A stretch of 64,000 bases of DNA, taken from positions 25,470 through 89,469 of the forward strand of contig JAFGSY010000021.1 in the NCBI GenBank assembly GCA_016934315.1, written 5' to 3'. The stretch comes from Candidatus Anaeroferrophillus wilburensis (GTDB taxonomy: Bacteria > Desulfobacterota > Anaeroferrophillalia > Anaeroferrophillales > Anaeroferrophillaceae). The number at the start of each line of letters is the position of its first letter. Positions within the stretch are counted from its first letter, which is position 1. The notes under the pieces are model-generated. The model searched no databases and was not told where the DNA came from. It saw only the letters and a program-made list of their open reading frames with translations. Both the position numbers and the translations under genes were made by a program. Positions 9,765 through 18,494 of the stretch are shown one piece after another.

Positions 9765-10925
9765 ATGGAATTTTATGGTTATCACAGGCCCGATGGCAGG
9801 GTTGGCTCAAGGAATTACACGGCAATTATCCCGTCGGTTGGTTGCGTTAATAATCTATGCGCTCACTTGGAACGGTTGATTCGAGGCACAAAAGCGATCC
9901 GGCATGATCAGGGTTGTCTGCACCCTCCCGCTGATACTGAACAGGTAACCAGAACGCTCATAAATCTTGGCAAGAATCCGAATGTGGGGGGTGCTCTCGT
10001 TGTGGGTCTTGGTTGTGAAATGGTTGAGGCTGAAAAGATCTATGAAAGCATCAAAGAAACAGGCAAACCGGTAGATATGGTCGTCGTTCATGAGATCGGC
10101 GGCATGATAGATACTTTGGCCAAAGGTGCCCATGCACTGGTGAACATCGTTGCCGAAGTCAGCGGGGTGCAAAGAGAAAAGGCAGGCTTGGATAAATTGG
10201 TTTTTGGAACCAAATGTGGTTCTTCAGATACCACCTCAGGTTTATCCTCAAACTTGGTTACCGGTGAAGTGTGCCGGTTGATGACCCAAAACGGCGGTAA
10301 ATTCATTCAGGGTGAAATTTGCGATATCATGGGCGGAGAATATGCCCTGAAAAAGTTAAGCGTTGATCAACAGCAGGGTGAGGAAATCGTCGATTATGTC
10401 CGTGATCTCTATATGCGGGGTTATTATGTCGGTGCAGACACCAGAGGGTGCCAGATGACTGCGGGAAATGTTGCGGGCGGTTTGACGACCCTGGTGGAAA
10501 AAGCTTTGGGTGCAAATGCCAAGGGGGGCAAGGTTGCAATCCAAGGAACCCTTGATTATGCTGAAATACCCCCTGATAAGCCAGGCAGATACATTATGAA
10601 CTTCCCTGGGCACGGTTTCGAGAATCTTACCGGGTCGGCTGCAGGTGGTGCTGTTGTGCATCTGTTTACTACCGGCAGGGGCGCTCCAAACGGTAATCCG
10701 ATTATGCCTACGGTAAAGGTTTGCGGTAATAGCAAAACCAACAAAACCATGTTAGAACATATCGACGTAGATGTTGCATCGGTAATTGAGGAGACGGAAA
10801 GTATCGAAACTGCGGGTGAGAGATTATACGAGTTTGCCGTGGCTGTGGCTAATGGCAAATTGACCAAATGCGAAATCCTCAATTTTGAAGGCATGGAGAT
10901 TCTTATCAAGGGCCCGGTGATGTAA
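9765..10925 (+). CDS. UxaA-family dehydratase/lyase large (catalytic C-terminal) subunit
   Basis: 386 aa. MEFYGYHRPDGRVGSRNYTAIIPSVGCVN...VVGLGCE is typical of the altronate/galactarate dehydratase C-terminal domain and of SuyB-like subunits. Local GC is lower than the flanks. Confidence 0.85.
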   Translation: MEFYGYHRPDGRVGSRNYTAIIPSVGCVNNLCAHLERLIRGTKAIRHDQGCLHPPADTEQVTRTLINLGKNPNVGGALVVGLGCEMVEAEKIYESIKETGKPVDMVVVHEIGGMIDTLAKGAHALVNIVAEVSGVQREKAGLDKLVFGTKCGSSDTTSGLSSNLVTGEVCRLMTQNGGKFIQGEICDIMGGEYALKKLSVDQQQGEEIVDYVRDLYMRGYYVGADTRGCQMTAGNVAGGLTTLVEKALGANAKGGKVAIQGTLDYAEIPPDKPGRYIMNFPGHGFENLTGSAAGGAVVHLFTTGRGAPNGNPIMPTVKVCGNSKTNKTMLEHIDVDVASVIEETESIETAGERLYEFAVAVANGKLTKCEILNFEGMEILIKGPVM

Positions 10926-10944
10926 CTCAACGGAGGAAATAAAA

Positions 10945-11262
10945 ATGACAAAATATGCAAAAAAAATGGCGGAGCAGGATAACGTGGTGACTGTCGTGGC
11001 AGACTGTGTTGCCGGCGATGAAGTGACTGTGAAATTCCAAGGAAAGGGAACAAACTATACGTGCAATCAGGATATTCCCTTTGGACATAAAATTGCCGCT
11101 GTGGATATGGCAAAAGGAATCAAAATCATTAAATATGGTGAGGTTATCGGCAGCGCATCGCTGGATATCAAAAAAGGTGACTGGGTGCATATCCACAACG
11201 TAAATGATGATTATAAATGTCTCGATACAGACGGCAATCCCTTGCCTGGTCAGGGTGATTAA
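10945..11262 (+). CDS. UxaA-family small subunit (SAF domain)
   Basis: 105 aa. DNVVTVVADCVAGDEV...IPFGHKIAAVDMAKGIKIIKYGEVIGSASLDIKKGDWVHIHNV matches the SAF/UxaA N-terminal domain. It is encoded after, not before, the large subunit. Confidence 0.8.
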   Translation: MTKYAKKMAEQDNVVTVVADCVAGDEVTVKFQGKGTNYTCNQDIPFGHKIAAVDMAKGIKIIKYGEVIGSASLDIKKGDWVHIHNVNDDYKCLDTDGNPLPGQGD

Positions 11263-11472
11263 TGGGGCAGATTATGCATCCTGTCTACCTTTGCTATGTC
11301 AGTGACCGGTTTTAGTGAAAACTGTTTCTGCGACCACTCTTGGGCAAAATAATTTTCTTCCGGCAGCCAATACTTCTTTTGGGGCTAAGAGGTAAAAAAT
11401 TGCGACTGGGCAGAGTCTGGTTTTGAGTCCGGTTTTAGTGGAAACTACCGGATATTAGGGGCTGAAAACAGC

Positions 11473-11503
11473 AAAATGGGAAGTCATAGTGACTTCCCAT
11501 TTT
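11473..11503. terminator. bidirectional terminator hairpin
   Basis: AAAATGGGAAGTCA-TAG-TGACTTCCCATTTT, a 14-bp perfect stem between the UxaA small subunit gene (+) and the tRNA-Gly 3' end (-). Confidence 0.65.
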
Positions 11504-11537
11504 GCGTTCTAACTAACTGAATTTATAAGAATTTTTT

Positions 11538-11612
11538 GGAGCGGGGTACGGGATTCGAACCCGCGACTTTCAGCTTGGGAAGCTGACACTCTACCAGCTG
11601 AGTTAACCCCGC
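11538..11612 (-). tRNA. tRNA-Gly (anticodon CCC), CCA encoded
   Basis: The reverse complement GCGGGGTTAACTCAGCTGGTAGAGTGTCAGCTTCCCAAGCTGAAAGTCGCGGGTTCGAATCCCGTACCCCGCTCCA folds as a cloverleaf. The anticodon stem is TCAGC/GCTGA with loop TTCCCAA. The T-loop GGTTCGAATCC is present. Confidence 0.9.
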
Positions 11613-11897
11613 AGCTAGCAACTGATGAGGCCCTTTTCATACCGGTAAAACCGACAGATTGTCAATGATTTTTTGGCCCCCTTTTGCCAGCGTTGCAAAA
11701 ATATGCTATAGCTTCTTTTTAATCGTTCAGTAACGGATATCCCAGCGCATTCATGCGACGATCATTGCTGCCGGATGGATGCACTTAGGGTGCAGATGGG
11801 TATGCCTTGATATTTCCGTGACAATCCCCATCTTCGGTCACTTGTTCGGCAAATTGCCATTTTTTGCTGAAAACATATACTAATCTAGGGTGCAATC

Positions 11898-13685
11898 ATG
11901 ATTGACTATACAATGTTTACCGCCGAATATCTGACTACCAGTTTCCCCCTTTTTTTCACCATTGCCCGCCAGACCTTTGATCTGGGTCAGGTGCGGGATC
12001 GACTGGCACTGCTGGTGACCCAGCTGGAGAACGACGCCTACCACGGAGCATCTTCTGGTAATAACAGCTCCCGGGTATGCGTCCGTGATTGTGCCAGGGT
12101 CATGCGTGGCATGCTGCGCAAACGTACCGACAGGCTGGCGGGTTTCAGCATTGCCAGGGTTATCAGTGATCTTGCCAAGGGGAAACCGCGTCCTGACTTG
12201 CAAACGGCGTTTTTTGCCGATTTTTATCATGTGCTTGCAGGACTCCACGGTTTGGGGCCAAACCATGTGCTGATGGATATTCCACTTGAGGTTGACGATC
12301 TCCAGGGGCGGGAGGCGGCCGTTGCCCGTTCCCAGCAATTGGACAGCCTTTGGGAGGAAGTGGAACAGCGGCTGGCGCGCTATGTCTGCGGTCTGGAACC
12401 GAAGGTTGTCAAACAGCGGCAGGAGCGGCGGGATGTGATCCTGGCAGGTTTGGCGGGGACTTTATCGCAGTGGCAGGACTGGCGCTGGCAGTTGCGGCAC
12501 GTTGTTCAAGGTGCCGATCAGCTGGCTGATCTGATTACTCTTGATGGCCGTGAGAAAGCCGCCGTGAGCCGGGCTCGCCAACTGAAAGTTCCTTTTGGCA
12601 TCACGCCCCACTACCTCTCGCTGATGGATGCTCAGACAAAAGGGTTGGATCGGTCAATTCGGGCCCAGGTGCTGCCGCCCGCTGACTATGTGGAAAAAAT
12701 CTCAATCTCCCGTTCTGGTGGTGACCTGGACTTCATGCGGGAAGAAGATACCTCGCCCATTGACCTGATAACCCGGCGCTATCCGGCAATTTGCATCTTC
12801 AAGCCCTATAATACGTGTCCCCAAATCTGTGTTTATTGTCAGCGGAATTGGGAAATCGATGATGCCATGGCACCGGGAGCTTTGGCGGCGGAAGAGCAGA
12901 TTGATGCCGCAGTCGACTGGCTTCGAGCCCATCCGGCGATTCGTGAAGTGCTGGTGACCGGCGGCGACCCCCTGGCTCTTGATGATGGTATGCTGGAATC
13001 GATTCTGAGCCGCATTGCTGCTATCCCGACGGTAGACCGGCTGCGAATCGGCACCAGAACGCTGGTGACCATGCCCATGAGGATAACGGCGGAATTGGCC
13101 CGGATGCTTGGTTCATTCAGGAAGCTTGGCCGGCGGGAAGTGGCCGTGGTAACCCATGTCCAGCATGTCTATGAGTTGACTCCCGAGGTCGCTGCGGCCG
13201 TCAATAACCTGCGGCTGGCCGGGATTCCGGTCTATAACCAGCTGGTCTATACGTTCTATACTTCACGGCGTTTTGAAGCGGTGGCCTTGCGGCGTCAGCT
13301 GCGGCTCATCGGCATCGACCCTTACTATACCTTCAATACCAAGGGTAAGGAGGAAACCTTTGCCTACAGGGTTCCCATCGCCCGGTTGCTGCAGGAGCAG
13401 AAAGAGGAAGCTCGGTTGTTGCCCGGCCTTGGGCGAACCGATGAGGCTGTCTACAATGTGCCGGGGCTGGGGAAAAACTACCTGCGAGCCCAGCAGCAGC
13501 GTGACCTGCTTTCCATCCTTCCCGATGGGACCAGGGTGTACGAATTCTATCCCTGGGAACTGAACATTTCCCAGGTCAGCCAGACCTATGTCGGCCATGA
13601 TGTGCCGATTCTGGACTATCTTGAAAGGCTGGAGAAGATTGGTGAGTCGGCTGCGGACTACTGGTCCATCTGGAACTATTACTAG
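11898..13685 (+). CDS. KamA-family radical SAM aminomutase-like protein with a long N-terminal extension
   Basis: 595 aa. The CxxxCxxC cluster motif is CPQICVYCQRNW, preceded by the KamA-type FGITPHYLSLMD and followed by VLVTGGDPL. About 230 aa upstream of the KamA core have no obvious motif. Confidence 0.85.
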   Translation: MIDYTMFTAEYLTTSFPLFFTIARQTFDLGQVRDRLALLVTQLENDAYHGASSGNNSSRVCVRDCARVMRGMLRKRTDRLAGFSIARVISDLAKGKPRPDLQTAFFADFYHVLAGLHGLGPNHVLMDIPLEVDDLQGREAAVARSQQLDSLWEEVEQRLARYVCGLEPKVVKQRQERRDVILAGLAGTLSQWQDWRWQLRHVVQGADQLADLITLDGREKAAVSRARQLKVPFGITPHYLSLMDAQTKGLDRSIRAQVLPPADYVEKISISRSGGDLDFMREEDTSPIDLITRRYPAICIFKPYNTCPQICVYCQRNWEIDDAMAPGALAAEEQIDAAVDWLRAHPAIREVLVTGGDPLALDDGMLESILSRIAAIPTVDRLRIGTRTLVTMPMRITAELARMLGSFRKLGRREVAVVTHVQHVYELTPEVAAAVNNLRLAGIPVYNQLVYTFYTSRRFEAVALRRQLRLIGIDPYYTFNTKGKEETFAYRVPIARLLQEQKEEARLLPGLGRTDEAVYNVPGLGKNYLRAQQQRDLLSILPDGTRVYEFYPWELNISQVSQTYVGHDVPILDYLERLEKIGESAADYWSIWNYY

Positions 13686-15556
13686 CTGAGGGTGCTGACC
13701 GGCAGGGAAAGGGTAAAGGTGGTGCCGTGTCCCGGCCGGCTGGTGGCAAAGATGGTCCCCTGGTGTTGTTCGATGATCCGGTGGGTAATGGAGAGGCCGA
13801 GGCCGGTCCCCTGGCTCTTGGTGGTGAAAAACGGGTCAAAAATGGCATCGAGGTTTTTGTCGTCAATGCCGGGGCCGCTGTCGCTGATCTCCACCACCAG
13901 CTGGTCGGGGGCCGGGGCGCAATAGATCGGCTCCTGGATGGGTGACTCCTGCCACATGGTTTTGATCTGCAGGCTGCCGCCGGCGTTCATGGCATCCAGT
14001 GCATTGATGATAATGTTCAGAAAAACCTGCTGCAGCAGGGCCTTGTCTCCTTGAATCTTTGGCTGGGTGTTTCCGTGGACCACTTCCAGGCTGATATTTT
14101 TCTTGTTCAGCTGATTGGAAACCAGAAACAGGGCGCTGTCGATAATATCCTCAATTCTCAAGGCTTCAAGCTTCGGCGTGTTGGGGCGGGCGAACTGGAG
14201 CAGATTCTTGACAAAGTCATCCAGCCTGACAACCTGTCTGAATACCTCGTTGAAAATTTCGTGGCTGGGGTTCTCCTGGCTGAACTGCTTGCTGAGAATC
14301 TGCAGGGCGCCGGCAATGCCCGCCAACGGGTTTCTGATTTCGTGGGCAATGCCTGACGCCAGCTCACCCAGGGATGCCAGCCGATCCATCCGTGCCAGAT
14401 GGGCTTCCATCTTCTTCCGTTGGGTGATGTCCAGAAAAATGCAGCTTAAGCCGGCCGTCTTGCCATTTTTGTCGGTGATTGTCGAAAAGCATACTTCGGT
14501 GGGCAGCGGATCATCATTTTTGCGGATCATTTCAAATTCAGACAGGTAGCCGGTCCGTGGATCAATGCACTGGCCGCCGCCGGCAAAAATCGTTTTTATC
14601 TCCTCCTCGCCGGCGCTGAACAGGGTATGGATCGGTGCACCAATCAGCTCCTGTTCACTGAATCCCAGCAGGTTGATGGCCGCCTTGTTGACCTGGGTGA
14701 TCTGCAGGCTGTTGTCGGCGGTGACCAGGCCGCTGCGCAGGCACTGAAAAATGCTTTCGTAAAAGCTTTTCAGTTCTTCAATTTCTTCCAGGTGATGGCC
14801 AAGTTCCCGGTTCTGTTTGGCTATCCGCTGCAGCATCTCGTGATGTCTGACCGCCCGTCCGATTGCCGTAGCCGAATGGGCAACGATGGCAGAGGCAATC
14901 CGTGCGTCATCATAGCTTACCGCCGACTTGGCCGTCGGCTTGTCGGCCAGGACATAGCCGTAGAAGTTTTGATTGTCAAAAATGGGGATGATGAGGAAGG
15001 AACGGGCATTGCCGATCAGTGATTCAACCGTCTGGTCGTTATTATGGTAGGTGAGCACTGAGTAGTGCCTGAATTGCCCCTGCTCACTGATAGCGGCATT
15101 CTTGCTGGCGGCGTCGATATCCTTGAAGCAGAGGTTGATGTGGCGGCGCCGGTTCTCCCCCTGCCGGTTGGGATAATCATCCTTGAAGATGCCGCACTTT
15201 ACCGCGGCATCTTTAGGGGGCTGTTCGCCGCTCTTGCTGGGTGATTTCAGGACATTGAGCGGTTCCCGGTCGGCATAGGCCCGTTTCAGCAGACCGTTGA
15301 CCTTGCTGAAAGGAATGCTGATATCGCTGATCTGCTCAAAACCATAGAAAACCCGGCTTTCCAGGTTTTTTTCCTGCTGGTCAAAATAGAGCACCACCAG
15401 CCGCTCAAGGGCAGTGGCCTCAATGACATCCTCGACGATATGGTTCAGCAGGGTATCAACCGTATCGGAACGGGCCATCTTGGTGATGCTGCGATAGAGA
15501 TGGCGAAGATCAATGACCCGTTGTTGAATGACCGGATCCCCAGATGAATGCTCCAT
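13682..15556 (-). CDS. cytoplasmic sensor histidine kinase (GAF + PAS + HisKA + HATPase_c), NtrB-like
   Basis: H-box GIAHEIRNPLAGI, N-box IIINALDAM, G1 DSGPGI, G2 GTGLGL. No hydrophobic TM segment is evident. Start chosen at MEHSSGD within ORF 13682..15622. Confidence 0.85.
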   Translation of the reverse strand: MEHSSGDPVIQQRVIDLRHLYRSITKMARSDTVDTLLNHIVEDVIEATALERLVVLYFDQQEKNLESRVFYGFEQISDISIPFSKVNGLLKRAYADREPLNVLKSPSKSGEQPPKDAAVKCGIFKDDYPNRQGENRRRHINLCFKDIDAASKNAAISEQGQFRHYSVLTYHNNDQTVESLIGNARSFLIIPIFDNQNFYGYVLADKPTAKSAVSYDDARIASAIVAHSATAIGRAVRHHEMLQRIAKQNRELGHHLEEIEELKSFYESIFQCLRSGLVTADNSLQITQVNKAAINLLGFSEQELIGAPIHTLFSAGEEEIKTIFAGGGQCIDPRTGYLSEFEMIRKNDDPLPTEVCFSTITDKNGKTAGLSCIFLDITQRKKMEAHLARMDRLASLGELASGIAHEIRNPLAGIAGALQILSKQFSQENPSHEIFNEVFRQVVRLDDFVKNLLQFARPNTPKLEALRIEDIIDSALFLVSNQLNKKNISLEVVHGNTQPKIQGDKALLQQVFLNIIINALDAMNAGGSLQIKTMWQESPIQEPIYCAPAPDQLVVEISDSGPGIDDKNLDAIFDPFFTTKSQGTGLGLSITHRIIEQHQGTIFATSRPGHGTTFTLSLPVSTLS

Positions 15557-15625
15557 GGTTTTTTTCCGTATAAAAGGCTCCCTGGCGGCTGCCGGAAAAC
15601 TCCGACGGCCGCCAGGAAACATTGT

Positions 15626-16417
15626 TCAGCGATTCAAGTCATGGGCTGTGTTGTGACACTGGCCGCATTGGGGAAATTTACTGAGAATGCCGGCTGAATG
15701 AGGTGTGCCGTGGCAGTCCTGGCAGGCCGGTATTGTTTTATGGTTGGTCTTATGACACTGGGCACAGGGCAGGTCACGGTGTTTGGCGGCGCTGGCAGTC
15801 AGCAGGTTCAAGGCTTCATCATGACAAGCGCCGCATTGCTTCGAGGCGATGTCATCGGCGTAGACCACCACCAGCGGCTTATGGGCCTGGTGGCAGAGAC
15901 CGCAATCGGCCTGCACCATGTCAGTAGCATGGGGTTCATGGCAGCTGACGCAATCGGGGATCTGCCCGTGCTCGTTGTGGCAGGCCGTACAGGCCATGGT
16001 GGAGTGAAAACTTTTGAAACCCTGCAGTTTCTCATTCTGTTCCGTGTGACAGGTGAGGCAGGGAGCGGTCATATCCTTGGTCAGTGTCAGCACCAGCGGC
16101 GCATGGGGGTTGGTATGGCAGCCCAGACAGTTTTCCAGTTGAAAATGGGGGGTGTCACTGTGGCAGGCATTGCAGGCGGGGATGATCTCCCTGACCGTCG
16201 GCGGATGCCCTTCATGACACTCCATACAGGTAACCGCGGTCTTGTGGGCGCCACCCTGGGCGGCCACATCCATGGGGGCTTCCGTATGGCATTTAATGCA
16301 GTCATCATTGCTCAACTGGTCGTTTGCCGCAAAAGCCGCCGACGGTGCAGCAGCGCTGCAGGCCAGCCAAAGACAGACGGCAATCATGGTTGCTGTTAAT
16401 CCTGAAATCCTCTTCAT
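15626..16417 (-). CDS. periplasmic dodecaheme c-type cytochrome
   Basis: 263 aa with a signal peptide (MKRISGLTATMIAVCLWLACSAAAPSAAFA) and 12 CXXCH motifs, each followed by extra His residues (c7/c3-like repeat units). Confidence 0.9.
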   Translation of the reverse strand: MKRISGLTATMIAVCLWLACSAAAPSAAFAANDQLSNDDCIKCHTEAPMDVAAQGGAHKTAVTCMECHEGHPPTVREIIPACNACHSDTPHFQLENCLGCHTNPHAPLVLTLTKDMTAPCLTCHTEQNEKLQGFKSFHSTMACTACHNEHGQIPDCVSCHEPHATDMVQADCGLCHQAHKPLVVVYADDIASKQCGACHDEALNLLTASAAKHRDLPCAQCHKTNHKTIPACQDCHGTPHSAGILSKFPQCGQCHNTAHDLNR

Positions 16418-16485
16418 CGTATCCTCCCTTTGATGGTCTGTATGCCCCGCAGAGATGCCGTCTGCGGGACAAAGATAGTCCAGTG

Positions 16486-16501
16486 TGCAATGATTGTGCC
16501 C
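16486..16501 (-). promoter_or_regulatory. sigma-54 (-24/-12) promoter for the dodecaheme cytochrome / histidine kinase operon
   Basis: The minus strand reads GGGCAC-AATCA-TTGCA against the consensus TGGCAC-N5-TTGCA, with correct GG-N10-GC spacing. It lies about 70 nt upstream of the ATG at 16417. Confidence 0.6.
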
Positions 16502-16580
16502 ACCCCCGTTGCTTCACAGTAATAACCTAATATCATTAACAAACTGTAATGTTAAGATGTTTTATGGCTAAAATGATAGT

Positions 16581-16619
16581 GGGTTATATACCCCTTTGTC
16601 TGGGTCGGATGCCCAATAG
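16581..16619. promoter_or_regulatory. candidate enhancer (UAS): GGGTTATATACCCC ... GATGCCCAATAG
   Basis: A near-palindrome plus a 12-mer. The same 12-mer repeats at 20018-20029 and the palindrome-like box repeats at 19981-19993 and 30121-30133. Each site lies about 85-165 bp upstream of a sigma-54-like promoter. Confidence 0.4.
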
Positions 16620-17051
16620 ATGCTTTTCCTCCCGCTGTCTGCCATCATCAACCGGTAGACAAAATAAAGGAATCCGGTTGCCGGGGTCTTGTGCCTGACC
16701 TCGACTCTCCAGGCGCCGTCCAGGATTTTCAAAACATTGCTTACGGACCCGTTTTTATTGTTTTTACATCGCTTCCGAGGGTTGCCTGCGTTCTATCCCT
16801 TTCGCTCGGTGGCAGATTTGCCGGTGGTATTCTGGTGTTGTTGAGTGTGCCGATGGATGAAGCGTGTGGTTGAAGAACATTGCCCGGGCTCTGCTGTGCA
16901 TGATTATTGCTTGGAGCAGAAAGCAGACAGGAAATAATGTTTTCAGGTTGATTTTAGCTCAGTCAAGCTGGTAGGTAGTATCCTAAGGAGTGCAAGGTTG
17001 CAGATTCTGGCTGGAACGGGGAATGAAGATCATATTCATTGGGAGTGCTGC

Positions 17052-18494
17052 ATGAGTCAAAAACGGATTCTGGTCGTTGATGATGAACATCTGATCCGCT
17101 GGTCGTTGTCGCAGATGCTGGCCGAGGGCGGGTATCTGGTGGAAACGGCTGAAGATGGCCATGAGGCTGACATCAAGCTGCGGCAGTTCAAACCCCACAT
17201 GGTGCTGCTGGATATCTGCCTGCCGGATGCCAATGGCATGGATCTGCTGAAAAAATTCAAAGCGGTTGATGAAGATCTGCTGATCATCATGATTACCGCC
17301 TACTCCCATGCTGATTCGGCCGTCAATGCATTGAAGCTGGGTGCCGAGGACTATATCGGCAAGCCGTTCAACCTGGAAAGTGTTCAGCACTGCATTGATC
17401 AGGTATTTGAAAAATGGCGTCTCAAAGAGGAGAATGCCTTCTACCGGCAGGTCCTGCAGAAAAAATTTGAAACAGACAATCTGGTTGGCAACTGTCCGAA
17501 AATGATCGAAGTGTTCAAAATGATCAAGGTTGCCGCCGATGCCGATGACAAGACGGTCCTGGTCCTCGGGCCAAGTGGTACCGGCAAGGAGCTGGTGGCC
17601 CGGGGCATCCATATGCACAGCAGCCGTGCTGAGCAGCCGTTTATCGAGGTCAACTGCGCAGCCATTCCTGAAACCCTGCTGGAAAATGAATTGTTCGGCC
17701 ATGAACGGGGTGCCTATACGGATGCTTCCCGGAAGCAGAAGGGGATGTTCGAGCTGGCCCAGCGGGGAACGGTGTTTCTTGATGAGATTGGCGATATGCC
17801 CATCGGCATGCAGGCAAAAATTCTGAAAGTGATAGAGGACAAGCGCTACCGTCGCCTGGGCGGTGAGGATGAGGTGGCCATTGATGCCCGGATTATTGCC
17901 GCCACCAACCAGAACCTGCAGAAACTGGTGAAAGAGGGGAAGTTCAGGGCCGACCTTTTTTATCGCCTGGATGTGATGACCATTTCGCTGCCGACCCTGC
18001 GTGAGCGCAAGATGGATATTCCCCAGCTTGTTGCCTATTTCATTGAACGGTTCAACGACGAGTATGGCCGCCAGGTGGAGGATGTTGATGCGCGGGCCAT
18101 GGACTACCTGATGAACTACAGCTGGCCCGGCAATGTCCGGGAGCTCAGGAATACCATTGAGCGGGCGATGATGTTGGAAGAAGGAAGAACCCTGGGGCTT
18201 GATCACCTCTGTGCCGAGGTGGTTCGGCACCATGAAGGCCGTGATGGGGAGGATTGTCGAACGCCGGCCGGCAGCCGGCGCTTCTCCCCGGATCAGCTGG
18301 AACTGCCGGCTGAAGGGATCTCGCTGGAAGAGGTGGAAAAACGGCTCATCCAGCTGGCTTTGGAACGCTGGGACGGCAACCAGACCAAGGCGGCTGAGTG
18401 CCTGCGCATGAGTCGGGATACCCTGCGCTACCGGATTAAAAAGTTCAACTTTGGTAAAGCTGAAAAACAGGGGCGGGATGATAATGGGAACTGA
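17052..18494 (+). CDS. sigma-54-dependent response regulator (NtrC family enhancer-binding protein)
   Basis: REC domain (ILVVDDEHLIR...DICLPD), AAA+ Walker A GPSGTGKE, a GAFTGA-position loop that reads GAYTDA, and a C-terminal Fis-type HTH (NQTKAAECLRMSRDTLRYRIKKF). Start at MSQKRILVV within ORF 16998..18494. Confidence 0.9.
   Translation: MSQKRILVVDDEHLIRWSLSQMLAEGGYLVETAEDGHEADIKLRQFKPHMVLLDICLPDANGMDLLKKFKAVDEDLLIIMITAYSHADSAVNALKLGAEDYIGKPFNLESVQHCIDQVFEKWRLKEENAFYRQVLQKKFETDNLVGNCPKMIEVFKMIKVAADADDKTVLVLGPSGTGKELVARGIHMHSSRAEQPFIEVNCAAIPETLLENELFGHERGAYTDASRKQKGMFELAQRGTVFLDEIGDMPIGMQAKILKVIEDKRYRRLGGEDEVAIDARIIAATNQNLQKLVKEGKFRADLFYRLDVMTISLPTLRERKMDIPQLVAYFIERFNDEYGRQVEDVDARAMDYLMNYSWPGNVRELRNTIERAMMLEEGRTLGLDHLCAEVVRHHEGRDGEDCRTPAGSRRFSPDQLELPAEGISLEEVEKRLIQLALERWDGNQTKAAECLRMSRDTLRYRIKKFNFGKAEKQGRDDNGN

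Noticed and set aside
11297-11450. Direct repeats near tRNA-Gly as a structured ncRNA or att sites
   Set aside because: The repeats are real but short and imperfect. I cannot define island boundaries or a fold, so they are reported only as part of the islet observation.
16885-16900. Possible third sigma-54-like element (CGGGCT-CTGCT-GTGCA) upstream of the EBP gene
   Set aside because: The GG-N10-GC spacing is right, but the -24 half is poor. It is too weak to call without a PWM score or a mapped transcription start.
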